DNA from: Octopus vulgaris
Taxonomy: Eukaryota
Reading direction: 5' to 3'
DNA: 64,000 nt
NCBI GenBank assembly: GCA_951406725.2
Contig: OX597815.1
Location: 53,010,001-53,074,000 of the forward strand
The position numbers were made by a program, and so were the translations under genes. The notes under the pieces were generated by a model, which worked only from the letters and a program-made list of their open reading frames with translations, was not told where the DNA came from and did not search any database. This document shows, piece after piece, positions 52,980 through 64,000 of the stretch. Each line of letters starts with the position of its first letter. The stretch's first letter is position 1.

Positions 52980-53570
52980 TCAGGGTGCATCTATTTGTAC
53001 CTGTTTAAGTTTAAATATTTGAACAATATCATTGGGATTTCAAAAACAGTATAGAGGATAAATAAAACGATTCTCATATCGATACATATCAATAAAATAG
53101 TCTTGAATGGTGATGGGTGAATATAAATTACGTGTATATAGATCGTATTGGGACTAACAAAAACTGTTTTATTCTTGATTGCTGTATATAATCCTTAAGG
53201 GTAGTCGATTGGCGGAATGGTTAACGCTTTCGGACAAAAATGACTTACGATATGTATTCCAGCTCTTGACATACGAAGTTCAAATCCTCGTGTTCATCTT
53301 TCCCTCTCATCCTTTCGGTATCGATAAAATAGGCAACTAGCGAAGTACTGTTTTCGATATATAATCAATTAACTCTTTCTTTTCAAATTTCAGTCCCTAT
53401 TTTCCTAACAAATATTCTTTACATGTGTCACATCGCCACGAAACGTTTTCACTGGTTATATACTGAAATTCCTTAATCGATCGTCTACTTACCTTATTCA
53501 ATGAATTGTATTTAACAGTTAATTGCAGATCATTTCCAGTCAGCGACGCTATGCAATTATGCGGAATCGA
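52980..53570 (-). CDS. Candidate last two coding exons (53570-53493 and 53000-52980) of an unidentified host gene
   Basis: acaatacag|78-nt open phase-0 exon SIPHNCIASLTGNDLQLTVKYNSLNK|gtaagt, then ttaaacag|VQIDAP*, followed by unique AT-rich UTR-like sequence. Confidence 0.4.
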
Positions 53571-53704
53571 CTGTATTGTCAAAATAGATAGTTACAATAA
53601 CATAAACAATTGCAGGCAACAGACAAGATAACTGAACAACCTTGGGAATCTTACAAATAAATATATCTCACCACCACATATATGTATATATATATAGACA
53701 TACG

Positions 53705-53735
<31 letters not shown>

Positions 53736-53820
53736 GAAAATAAACAAAAGACGAAGGCAGGTGGAAAACAAACGAACAATTGTATTAGTATGGCGCTCAG
53801 GAAATATAAATAAAACAAGT

Positions 53821-53856
53821 CTTTAACGTTTCGAGCCTACGCTCTTCAACAGAAAG
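53821..53856 (-). ncRNA. Minimal hammerhead-like motif with CUGUUGA core, in pLTR-like repeat 53730-53915
   Basis: cttt CUGUUGA a gagc-gtag-gctc GAAA cg UU aaag; flanks resemble 49500-49600. Confidence 0.55.
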
Positions 53857-53913
53857 ATACACACACAGAAAGAAGGAGAGAAAATGCGTGCAGTAGCTAA
53901 CGAATCAACATGG

Positions 53914-53962
<49 letters not shown>

Positions 53963-53976
53963 CATACATACATACA

Positions 53977-54010
<34 letters not shown>

Positions 54011-55539
54011 CATATACACATGCACATATACTCACGGAGGCACACACACACATATACATTCACACATATATTTATATACAAACACATACACATATACACA
54101 CATATGTACATACAAACCACATAAACTTATATCCATATACTTACAAATAGACGCATATATTTCAACAGAAACGCATACTCATATACTCACGTACCTGTAT
54201 ATGTAAATGTATGTAATATTCACGTCAACACATACACATAAACCTTGCCACAAAGCTCTCACCAACTTCGGAGACATTGTTTCATGTTGTTAATTAAAAG
54301 CGTCGTCCTTTATCAAAAATTTTAATAACCGCTTGTTCAATTAGTTGTAGGTCAGGAGTTGACCTACTACTAATCATAGCAACAGTTCGGGGCACAAACC
54401 CTAGCAACAGGCCAGGGATTAAAACACCAATGACTTTGCTGCTTGCAGTCATTTGGCCAAGAGCATATCTGCGTCCTTGACAATAGCTTTCTCATTTATC
54501 ATTAGTAAAGCTGTATTACACAAAGTCTCTCTCTCTTTCTCTCGCTTTCTAACTATATAGATATATGCATGTACAAGCACACATACTCGCAAGCTCTCAC
54601 ATACACACACGCACCTATAAAGTATATAGAGACAGAGATATTCATATAAGTGTAATTGAAATGTACACACACACACGGATATACGTATACGCGCCCAGAC
54701 ACAGAGAAAATTCGCAGTGACATTTAACACGCATATTACAACAGACGAATAGGTGTGATGTGGCAATATACTCATTTCACACACATACACACATACACAC
54801 ACACATTCACACTTACACACGCACACAAGACTTACACACACAAACACACACACGTGCACAAACCTACGCGTAAGTATTAGCACGCACACGCTTCAGAATA
54901 TACACACATGCGCGTCCATAGTGCGCACACACGCATACACATAAATACAAATACACACATCGCATCTGCACGCATGCATGACACAGTTAAAATTTCATAT
55001 GCACGTATACACGCAGTCTACACAGAGATACACCACTCAAAGCACAAAATAATTGAACCCACATACGCAATTTCCCAAAACAACACATACGAGTTGATGC
55101 GCGCGAAATTGCTATTACAAACCTATTAACACCTTCTCTTATATATATTCACACGCACACACAAACACCCTGTTAGCACATGCAGACAGCAAAAGCCCGT
55201 TTCGAACCCTGCATCTTTCACCAATGACCGAAAAGCCATTCAGTGCTTACTTGGGCTGCACGTGACTGTTGGCTGTTTAATTTTTTTAACTTTACCGTTT
55301 TCTTTTCATTCTTTTTGAATTTCGTTTCCAAAATCTTCTCTTTCCATGTTTTCCTCTTATTTGCTTTGCTTTGTTTCTTTCTTTTCAGATGAAGGGCTTA
55401 CATCCGAAAAGTTAATATTTCTGTTCTATTCTGTTAAAGCCAATTCTTTGATAAACTTGTTTTTTTATTTAAATTTATAATTATCTGTTTTTTTTTAGTT
55501 CTATGCTTATTTCGACTTTTATTCGTCTCAGTAATTTCC

Positions 55540-55720
55540 CTGCGACCATGCTGGGACACCGCCTTCAGGAGTTTTAGTCGAACAAATCGACCTCAGGACT
55601 TTTTTTTATAGCCTAGTACTTATTCTATCGGCTCTTTTGCCAAACCGCAAAGTTATGCAGACGTAAACACACCAATACCGGTTGTCAAGCAGATATGGGG
55701 GACAAACAGAGACACATAGA
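55540..55720 (-). mobile_element. SINE family A 3' part
   Basis: ccatgctgggacaccgcctt..agtacttattctatcgg. Confidence 0.72.
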
Positions 55721-55732
55721 TACATACATACA

Positions 55733-55789
<57 letters not shown>

Positions 55790-56052
55790 CAATTAAGGAC
55801 AACTACTTAATAAGGAAAACTTAACAAGAAATTGTCAGGTAGATAGCGTAAGAACCTCATAAGAGAAAAAATTTCGAAAATAATTATTTCTTATTGAACA
55901 TATTAATTTATATATAGAGGGCATTATATACATGCCAGAAGGCATTATATATACATGCCAAACGCTAAGAGGGACAATTAGTCATTTCTACCAAAAATAT
56001 TACTAATCCCACCGAATGCAATTTTTCAAAGTAAGACATTTAAAAAATATAT

Positions 56053-56100
56053 AGACCTGTATCACAGTGATTTCATACTTACGTACTCATCAGCAGGCCT
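56053..56100 (-). ncRNA. Type I hammerhead ribozyme (canonical core)
   Basis: aggcctg CUGAUGA gtac-gtaa-gtat GAAA tcactgtga UA caggtct; 7-bp helix I and GNRA loop II. Confidence 0.88.
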
Positions 56101-56534
56101 GAATGCATTATAAATAAACAACGACCCTGCCCCGCTTAAGTCGATCAGCTAACTGTTCAACATTCAACGAAGCACATGGGTGAGTTTACATATATTACAT
56201 CCTGTCAAATGGCAAACTTTTACGAACTGCATTTCGGGAGAGGAAAAGTTTTTTTCGGAATAAAAATTTAGCAATTAAGGACAACTACTTAATAAGGAAA
56301 ACTTAACAAGAAATTGTCAGGTAGATAGCGTAAGAACCTCATAAGAGAAAAAATTTCGAAAATAATTATTTCTTATTGAACATATTAATTTATATATAGA
56401 GGGCATTATATACATGCCAGAAGGCATTATACATACATGCCAAACGCTAAGAGGGACAATTAGTCATTTCTACCAAAAATATTACTAATCCCACCGAATG
56501 CAATTTTTCAAAGTAAGACATTTAAAAAATATAT

Positions 56535-56582
56535 AGACCTGTATCACAGTGATTTCATACTTACGTACTCATCAGCAGGCCT
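56535..56582 (-). ncRNA. Type I hammerhead ribozyme (second identical copy)
   Basis: Same sequence as 56053-56100, offset by 482 nt. Confidence 0.88.
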
Positions 56583-56965
56583 GAATGCATTATAAATAAA
56601 CAACGACCCTGCCCCGCTTAAGTCGATCAGCTAACTGTTCAACATTCAACGAAGCACATGGGTGAGTTTACATATATTACATATATTACATCCTTCGGTG
56701 GGATTAGTAATATTTTTGGTAGAAATGACTAATTGTCCCTCTTATATATATATATATATATATATGGCTGGTCATCGACAGATTTTTCTGCAAAATATGT
56801 ATAGTGTATCCTGTTCATACTATATTATTAGCATTATCCTGCGTTTGAGAACAAAATTATTTTCTTATCTGTATCTTTCAATACATCGCAACACTTCTAA
56901 AGTTTGTTGACTTTCAACCTAAGTTGAATTTCGCACACACGCACACACACACAGACACGCGCACA

Positions 56966-57014
<49 letters not shown>

Positions 57015-57020
<6 letters not shown>

Positions 57021-57160
57021 AGGTCTTCTTTCAGTTCCGGTTTTGGTCGGCCCGAGGCTATACAAAAACACACTTGCCGTTGGTACTACACAGTAGAACT
57101 GAATACAGAAGCATGTTGTTGGGAAGCAAGTTTCTTACAACACAGCCATTCTTGCGCCTA
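57015..57160 (-). mobile_element. SINE family A 5' part
   Basis: ttggtcggcccgaggctata..gggaagcaagtttcttacaacacagcca. Confidence 0.68.
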
Positions 57161-57446
57161 TTCATCTATTTATTTTACTTTTGATCTTTTCCGCTTTATT
57201 GTATTTATTTACTGCTTCTTTCTCTGAGTTTGGATTGATTTCTGGGTAGTGCTTTCTTAAACTGCTGACTATTTCGATATTTATCATGTATGTGATGTGT
57301 GTGTGTGTGTGTGAGTGTGTGTGTGTGTGTGTGTAACTCAAGTTTCGAGAGTTTCGTGTTAGCGCTTATATAAGTGCTAACGCACGAAGCTCTTGGATCA
57401 TATACTCATATTTTGAATTCTATTTTTCTTGCTTGCATCAACATAC

Positions 57447-57509
<63 letters not shown>

Positions 57510-58327
57510 TCGGCTAGTTACAGAATACAACCGCCTTTGCTCAAATATTACTGTGATGATTTCCTATCATTGACTGCACCGATGATGAAGTCATATAACG
57601 GTATAGTTAGATGAAGATTCCATCTACTACACTCCAACAACACTTCAGCGAAGAGCACAGCCGAATTAGGGAGCAGAATCTTGAATCGCAACCGCTTTTG
57701 CCCATACATCAGATTTTGTAGGTTGCATATTATTCTTCGACCGCCGTAATGGGAAAAAAAGTAGGCCAAAGAGAAAGAAAAAAGAATGCTGTCAACTTGT
57801 AGGTTCAATAAGCTTTTGCCATGATTTGCGTCCAGTAGGATAAAAATGCAAAAAAGACAAGTATGTATAATTTTAAGTGATATAGGCTTGTGCGTCACTT
57901 GGGTTACTCGCTTGATATTTAAAGCAAAATGAAGCAGGTAAATAGAAATTACAAACATCGCAGCTATCAAGTTAGAGCGTCCGCTCATGTAGATGAATGT
58001 ATACATGCAAATACGCCCATGCAAATGCACACATTCAAATATATATATGTGGATATGTTTGCGGTTTTGGATAGCCGTTGACTCGTTAAGGTTATCTGTC
58101 TCTTCACAATTTTGTCTTTCCCGCAGGGTGCCTCAAAATTGTTCACTTCACAAAGCAAGCTTCGTAGAGTTGTTTTAGTCGCCGACTTTCCGAAAATGTG
58201 TACTGGTTTACATGGATACCTGTTGCAGATTTCTAGTTACAAGAGAACGCACATACACACTCACACATACACACATTCATGAACAAAAAAGCATGCACAC
58301 ATGTACATATATGCAGGCAAACACACC

Positions 58328-58411
<84 letters not shown>

Positions 58412-59644
58412 GTCTATCTATCTATCTGCCTGTGTATGTGCCTGTCTGTTTGTTAGTATATATATATAAACATATCTATATATAGCTGTGTGTGTGTGTG
58501 TGTGTGTATGTATATGTATATATATATATATATTTATATTTATATTTATATTTATATATAGCTATCTGCATCAATACACATATTTCTGAAAGAAGAAAAG
58601 TGAATACTTTGTAAGAAAAATGACCGCAAGCGAAGCCATAGTAGAAGTAAAGTACATGCGCATTGATGGGCAACAGCTTATAACCGGAAAAGCAAATAGA
58701 AAAGAGAAGGGAGGGAAAGATAAGAAAATAAAAGATAAAGTAACAAAATAAAAGAGGAAAATACAGAAAACACAACAAATAACATAAAGAGGGAGAAGTG
58801 AAGAAGAGAATTGCAATTATAATATTGATAAGTGCATCGCATTCAACGCTAGTGGTAGTGAAGAAGCGATCGCTTTAGGATTTATAATAGTCTTAACTGG
58901 CAAGCTTGAGGTCCACAGAGAAAAGATCCAGTCACGCCTATGTAAACAGGGAGATATCAAAAGTAATTTAGTGGCCGTTCTAAAATAGGGGGCTGGCTTA
59001 TAGAATCATAAAAATCCACCGGCTTCCAGATGAGGAATCACCGCCGATAGTTCGGTGGGTGAGAGAGCTGGTAGTTATGTAGTGATAGTACTTCTTGCCA
59101 ATACAGAGAGCAACTGAGCGTGAAATTTGCTACGTCAGTAAGCGGCCCATCAAGATGTCATAACACCGGCTGCTTGACAAATTCACTGCTCACTTTTATC
59201 GGTAGGAACGAAATGAAATGGAAGCGGTGAGCTGGGACGGGCACGATGTGGCATGAGAAATGTATGGTGGTTTTCTTGGAGAAAAGAGAAAGGCGTTACA
59301 TAGCTATTGTGCAGTCGTCGTGCAGTACGAAGTGTGAGTGTATGTATGTGTGTACGAGGGGGAGACAGAGAGAAAGAGAGAAAGATTGAAAGATACTATA
59401 GAAGTAAGAGAGAGAAAGTAAGGGTGAGATGTGTGTAAACACTATATCTACTGGTGGGGGTGGTTTGGGCTTTCTGTAGAAAAGGAAGAATACCTCATCT
59501 AAACTGCCTACTGTTGAATCATTGCAAATAATTGGAGAGAAAGCTATAGAGTAAGAAGAAGAAGAAATGAAAAAAAGGAACAGAGTGGATAGAGATAGAA
59601 GAATGTAGTGAACGACACAGTGACAGAAAGCGAGATATACACAC

Positions 59645-59726
<82 letters not shown>

Positions 59727-59749
59727 TTGTCTGCCTGTTTGTCGGTCAT

Positions 59750-60095
59750 TTGTTTCAGTTGTGAGATTGCGGCCATGCTGGGGTACCACCTTGAAAGATT
59801 TTAGTCGAACGAATCGACTCCAGTGCTAATATTGTTTAAAACTTGATACTTATTCTAACAATATCTTAAATGCACCAGCACTGGTTCTCAAGCGGCGGTG
59901 GGGGAAACGCACACATACATAGATATACATACACAAGTACGCGCGCACACACGCACACACGTATATATACGAAGGGCTTCTTTCAGTTTCCGTCTATAGA
60001 AGAAAACACATGCTCGAGGTGCTACGCAGAGGGTCTGAACCTGGAACGATGTAGTTCGGAAGCAAACTTCTTACCACACACCCACATCCGCGCTT
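59750..60095 (-). mobile_element. SINE family A copy
   Basis: gcggccatgctggggtaccaccttg..gggcttctttcagtttccgtcta..cttcttaccacac. Confidence 0.72.
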
Positions 60096-60172
60096 ATATG
60101 TCTGTGTGTATGTGTGTCTATTTGTGTGTGCATGTATATATATATATATATATGAATATATATATGAATATA

Positions 60173-61441
60173 TTGGGTTAGCAACTAAGTTGCCGCCGTA
60201 TTTTAAATTTTGGAATTTATTGCCATTTTAAACTTTGGAATCTATTTTTTCGAGAATTCTATTTTTGAATCATTTTAAAATGGGTTTTTTTTTCTAGTTA
60301 ATTTTAGTTAATTTTTGTTTATTTCCAGATCATTAAAATGGAATGTCAAGTTAAGAAAAACGAGCGTTTTCGACACCTCCTTCTTTTTGCTTTTAATCAA
60401 GGTTCTAAGGCCACAAAAGCTGCTCGCGACATTTGTGGTGTGTATGGAGAGAGTGCCTTGCTGAAAGAACCGCTCATGATTGGTATGCCAAGTTCATGAA
60501 TGGAAATTTTAACCTCAAATACGCACTTCGTTCTGGCCGTCCAGTTGAGTTCGATTAAGAGCGATTAAGCCAGCTTTTGCACGAAACTTCTCGTCAAACG
60601 ACAATGGAACTGGCAGAGAAAATGGAATGCTCCTAGACTGCTATAGAGAAGCATCTTCACTCGGTGGGAAAGGTTCAGAAATATGGAGCATGGGTTCCGC
60701 ATGCTTTAAGTGACAACAACAAAAGTGAACCAGCCACAATCTCCGCTGGTTTGCTTGCTCGTCACCGCTCAACTCATGGACACAAGCAACGATTTCTTTA
60801 CCGAATCGTTACTGGCGACGAAAAATGGTGCTTGTACATCAATATGAAGTAGCGTAAGGAATGGCTTAGCCCCGGTAAACAAGCGGCACCGCGCGTGAAA
60901 CAAGATCTTCATCCACGTAAAACGATGTTGTGCGTATGGTGGGACTGAGAAAGGATTACGAATTGCTTGAACGAAACCAAACAGTCAATGTGAAACTCTA
61001 TGTTAAACAGATGGAACGACTCAATACGGCTATTCAAGAGAAAAGACCTGATCGGTAGCATGGAGTTCTGCTGCACCACAGCGTCCGCCCTCATATCGCC
61101 AATATGACCAAGGAAGCCATTCAAACGCCTGGCTGGTAAGTGCTGCCACTCCCGCCATACTCTCCTGATTTGGCACCAACGGATTTCCACCTCTTTCGAT
61201 CTCTTTCAAATGCTATGCGCGGAGTTTCGTTCAATACTGATGCGGAATTGTTTGGTTCAATGTTTTGAGTCGAAATCGGGTGATTTCTACCAACGAGGTA
61301 TTGAAAATCTTGTTGAATGTTGGGAAGAAGTTGTAAACAACAAGGGTGAATACATTATTGATTAATTAGTTGTTATTTTTTATTAAACCTTTTAAAAAAT
61401 AAAAATTTTAAAAAACGGCTGGAACTTAGTTGTCAACCCAA
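60173..61441 (+). mobile_element. Full-length (1269 bp) mariner element with TIRs and TA target duplication; transposase pseudogene 60338-61365
   Basis: TA|ttgggttagcaactaagttgccgccg ... cggctggaacttagttgtcaacccaa|TA; motifs WVPHAL, IVTGDEKW, HPRKTMLCVWW, PPYSPDLAPTDFHLF; several stops and frameshifts. Confidence 0.95.
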
Positions 61442-61517
61442 TAGAAAGAACATTAATACTCATAAGAGATAATAATGTTAGTGACCGCAAGCTTGAAACC
61501 GTATAAGCAAAATTTAC

Positions 61518-61553
<36 letters not shown>

Positions 61554-62106
61554 ATTATATATAACAAGGGCACTATGAAACACCAGCTTTGCTAAAAATG
61601 GGAGTAAAAAATACTCCGAAGCCACAAAAATTAACACTAGATTTCCACAGGCATGGTTGGAAAAAACTAAGTGAATAAGGATTGCGTCTTACCTACGCAA
61701 AATTGCAAGAAGGAATGCCAGTTAATCTGGTATCGTGATTTCGAATTTAGCACCAAAAGCAACTTGATTCTCTTCAGACAAGTCTATTCGTAACAAACCT
61801 ATGTATCACTTCAACCGCAATGAGAAAACGAACTAAGTGAATCAAATTTATAAATATATAAAGAGCATTAATATTCATGTGAGATAAATATATATGTATA
61901 TATATATGTAAATGTATACACAAACTCACACTTACGCACGCGCGCTCACACACACAAAGTACGCCCTGAAAGTGCAAGGTATATAACTATCGAGTTAGAT
62001 CTGTGTATGATCAGTTACACCTCAAAACAAGCATAGGAAGAAAATTCGTGTTATTACAGAAATAATTTCATTTTACAGGTCCGTATTCCTATCTATCAAC
62101 GCACAT

Positions 62107-62146
<40 letters not shown>

Positions 62147-63684
62147 ATGTATGTATGTATGTATGCATGTATGTATGTATGTATGTATGCATGTATGCAT
62201 GTATGTATGCATGTATGTATGTATGCATGTATGTATAGGTTTTCATATAAGTCAGACGCGTGTTAGCGTATGTGTGCATCTCAATGTATGTTTAAAAATT
62301 AGAAAGTGAAAGAGAGATGACACGAAAATATTAATACAAATTAATACTGAAAGAGTGAAAACATGTAACTTTGCAAATAATAAACAAATGGGTGGGATGA
62401 GTATGTAAATATAAACACATATACACGGATAAACACCTCATTTTGGAAGTCAACTTGTAACCAATTAAGATCACTTTCCAAACTCAGTAGGTCTGAACAA
62501 ACGTCCCGCGAGTTCAATAAATTCTTGTGCGTAAATTTGTTTTGAGTGGATAAAGTGTTGTACGGCACTGAATCCCCTTTTCGTCTCAATTAGCTATAAA
62601 ACCAGGGGCACAACACAGGTTGAGAAGACATGGAATTAACTTTACTACTGTTTCTTTTATTTTTCTTATACGAGTTTACATTCTCCAAGAATGAAGTTCT
62701 AACGAGAACTAGGAATCTTTCACTCCCAGTAGTTCGCACGCTAATAATTACACGCGCGCTCGCACACACACATACATGCCAAGAGTGTGAGGGGGAAGAG
62801 ACAACAAAGATGACTGCATAGACAGATAGATATCTAATAGATAGACAGATAGACAGACAGACAGATAGACAGATAAGATAGGGAATGTAAAGGAAGCTTG
62901 TAACTGACAGTGACCCTTTGCCTGTCCAGTGTATCACATATAATACACAAGACATATCTCCCTGGTGTTCATGCATCATATATGATATACATCCTCAAGT
63001 TTTTTCAACCCCTTGAAAATTTGAGACTTATGAAAGGAAAGCTTTATATTACAAAGAGCGTATGAAACAAGGGCTAATTAGAAGTCATGAAATAAGCATG
63101 GACTTATGAAAATGTTTCGGACATGTATCGGAATTTAAAAAACATACTATTTGTATAGATTTAGAAATCACTATATGTCCATCACTTTATATTAGGTGAT
63201 ACATCCAAACTTTTTAGAAAAGTAGGTGCTATATTCATGCCTTTCCCAAAACAACAGGGAAATGAGTTGGTTTGGAAATCCTCGGGTACGTAGAGGTTTC
63301 GAGGAAAGACCAAGACGCACGTGTTTTCGTGTCGATGTCCGGAATTTTGTGGACACACAAATGTTGATAAAAGAGAACTTTAGGAATTTTTACTGCATGG
63401 TTAACCAAGACATTTTATAATATCAATGTGTTAAGTAAAATAGCAACATTGGTAATAGCAACAGTGTAAACAATAACAGCAACAAAAAAATTTTTGCTGA
63501 GAGTTGCAATGATCTCAACTATATGAATCATACACGCCTGGTATTAATATTCTTAAGATTGGGAAGCCTGTAACAGTCAGAATCGTCAGCACGCAGGTCA
63601 AAATGGTTAGTAGCATTTCTTACAACTCTATTTTCTGAGATCAGATACTGCCGCGGACGACTTTGCTTATACATTATCATAATT

Positions 63685-63857
63685 AGTGGTGGTGGTGGTG
63701 GTGGTGTTGTTGTTGTATTTGTTGTTGTTGTAGTTGTTGTTGTTGTTGTTGTTGTTGTTGCTGTTGTTGTTGCTGTTGTTGTTGTTGTTGTTGTCGTCGT
63801 CGTCGTCGTCGTCGTTGTTGTTCTTCTTCTTCTTCTTCTTCTTCTTCTTCTTCTTCT
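63685..63857. repeat. Compound (GGT)/(GTT)/(CGT)/(CTT) microsatellite
   Basis: Read directly; may be the (GAA)n tail of a minus-strand retroelement running off the window edge. Confidence 0.9.
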
Positions 63858-64000
63858 AATCAGAACTCACGCCATTAGCCACAAAGAATAATCTCTAATT
63901 CGAGCCTATTCTAAGCTACTAAGAATGCGTGTGGCAACTTAAAGATCCACCCACCACACGCGATAGACTGGTAGTTGCACGGGCGCGAAAGCTACGTTGT

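Larger units (their letters stand above)
55789..56743 (-). mobile_element. Partial tandem (482-bp unit) hammerhead-containing non-coding repeat with a 5' inverted segment (retrozyme/PLE-like)
   Basis: gcaattaagg recurs at 55789 and 56271; 56694-56743 is the reverse complement of 55967-56015; flanked by (TA)n on both sides. Confidence 0.85.

Noticed and set aside
55383-55415. cagatga aggg..atcc gaaa ag tta
   Set aside because: Core and stems are too degenerate to call a ribozyme.
57548-58220. Long minus-strand open frame, and a strong plus-strand acceptor at ~58126
   Set aside because: Both strands are open, with no recognisable domain and no consistent donor; cannot be supported.

Overview
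AT-rich, microsatellite-dense animal genomic DNA; the SINE families and simple-repeat load suggest an octopus or other cephalopod (inference, not verified). Most ORFs in the supplied track are microsatellite artefacts. The real coding signal comes almost entirely from transposons: at least five Penelope-like elements (PLE; RT plus GIY-YIG), three or four R4/Dong-type LINEs (RT plus restriction-like endonuclease) of which three sit in (AAT)n/(GAT)n tracts and one keeps a 540-aa ORF, an RTE 3' fragment, mariner/Tc1 relics, a nest of non-autonomous Helitrons and many tRNA-derived SINEs. A few weak host-exon candidates lie on the minus strand. The main unexplained signal is a dense, diverse set of type I hammerhead ribozyme (HHR) motifs, about 14 readable by eye in several families. 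They include a tRNA-headed SINE-like element carrying an HHR tail, a 482-bp tandem HHR repeat (retrozyme-like), palindromic double-HHR mini-elements and non-canonical cores (A3:U8, U4C, A6U). All structures were read manually, many element boundaries are approximate, and no activity or database match has been tested.
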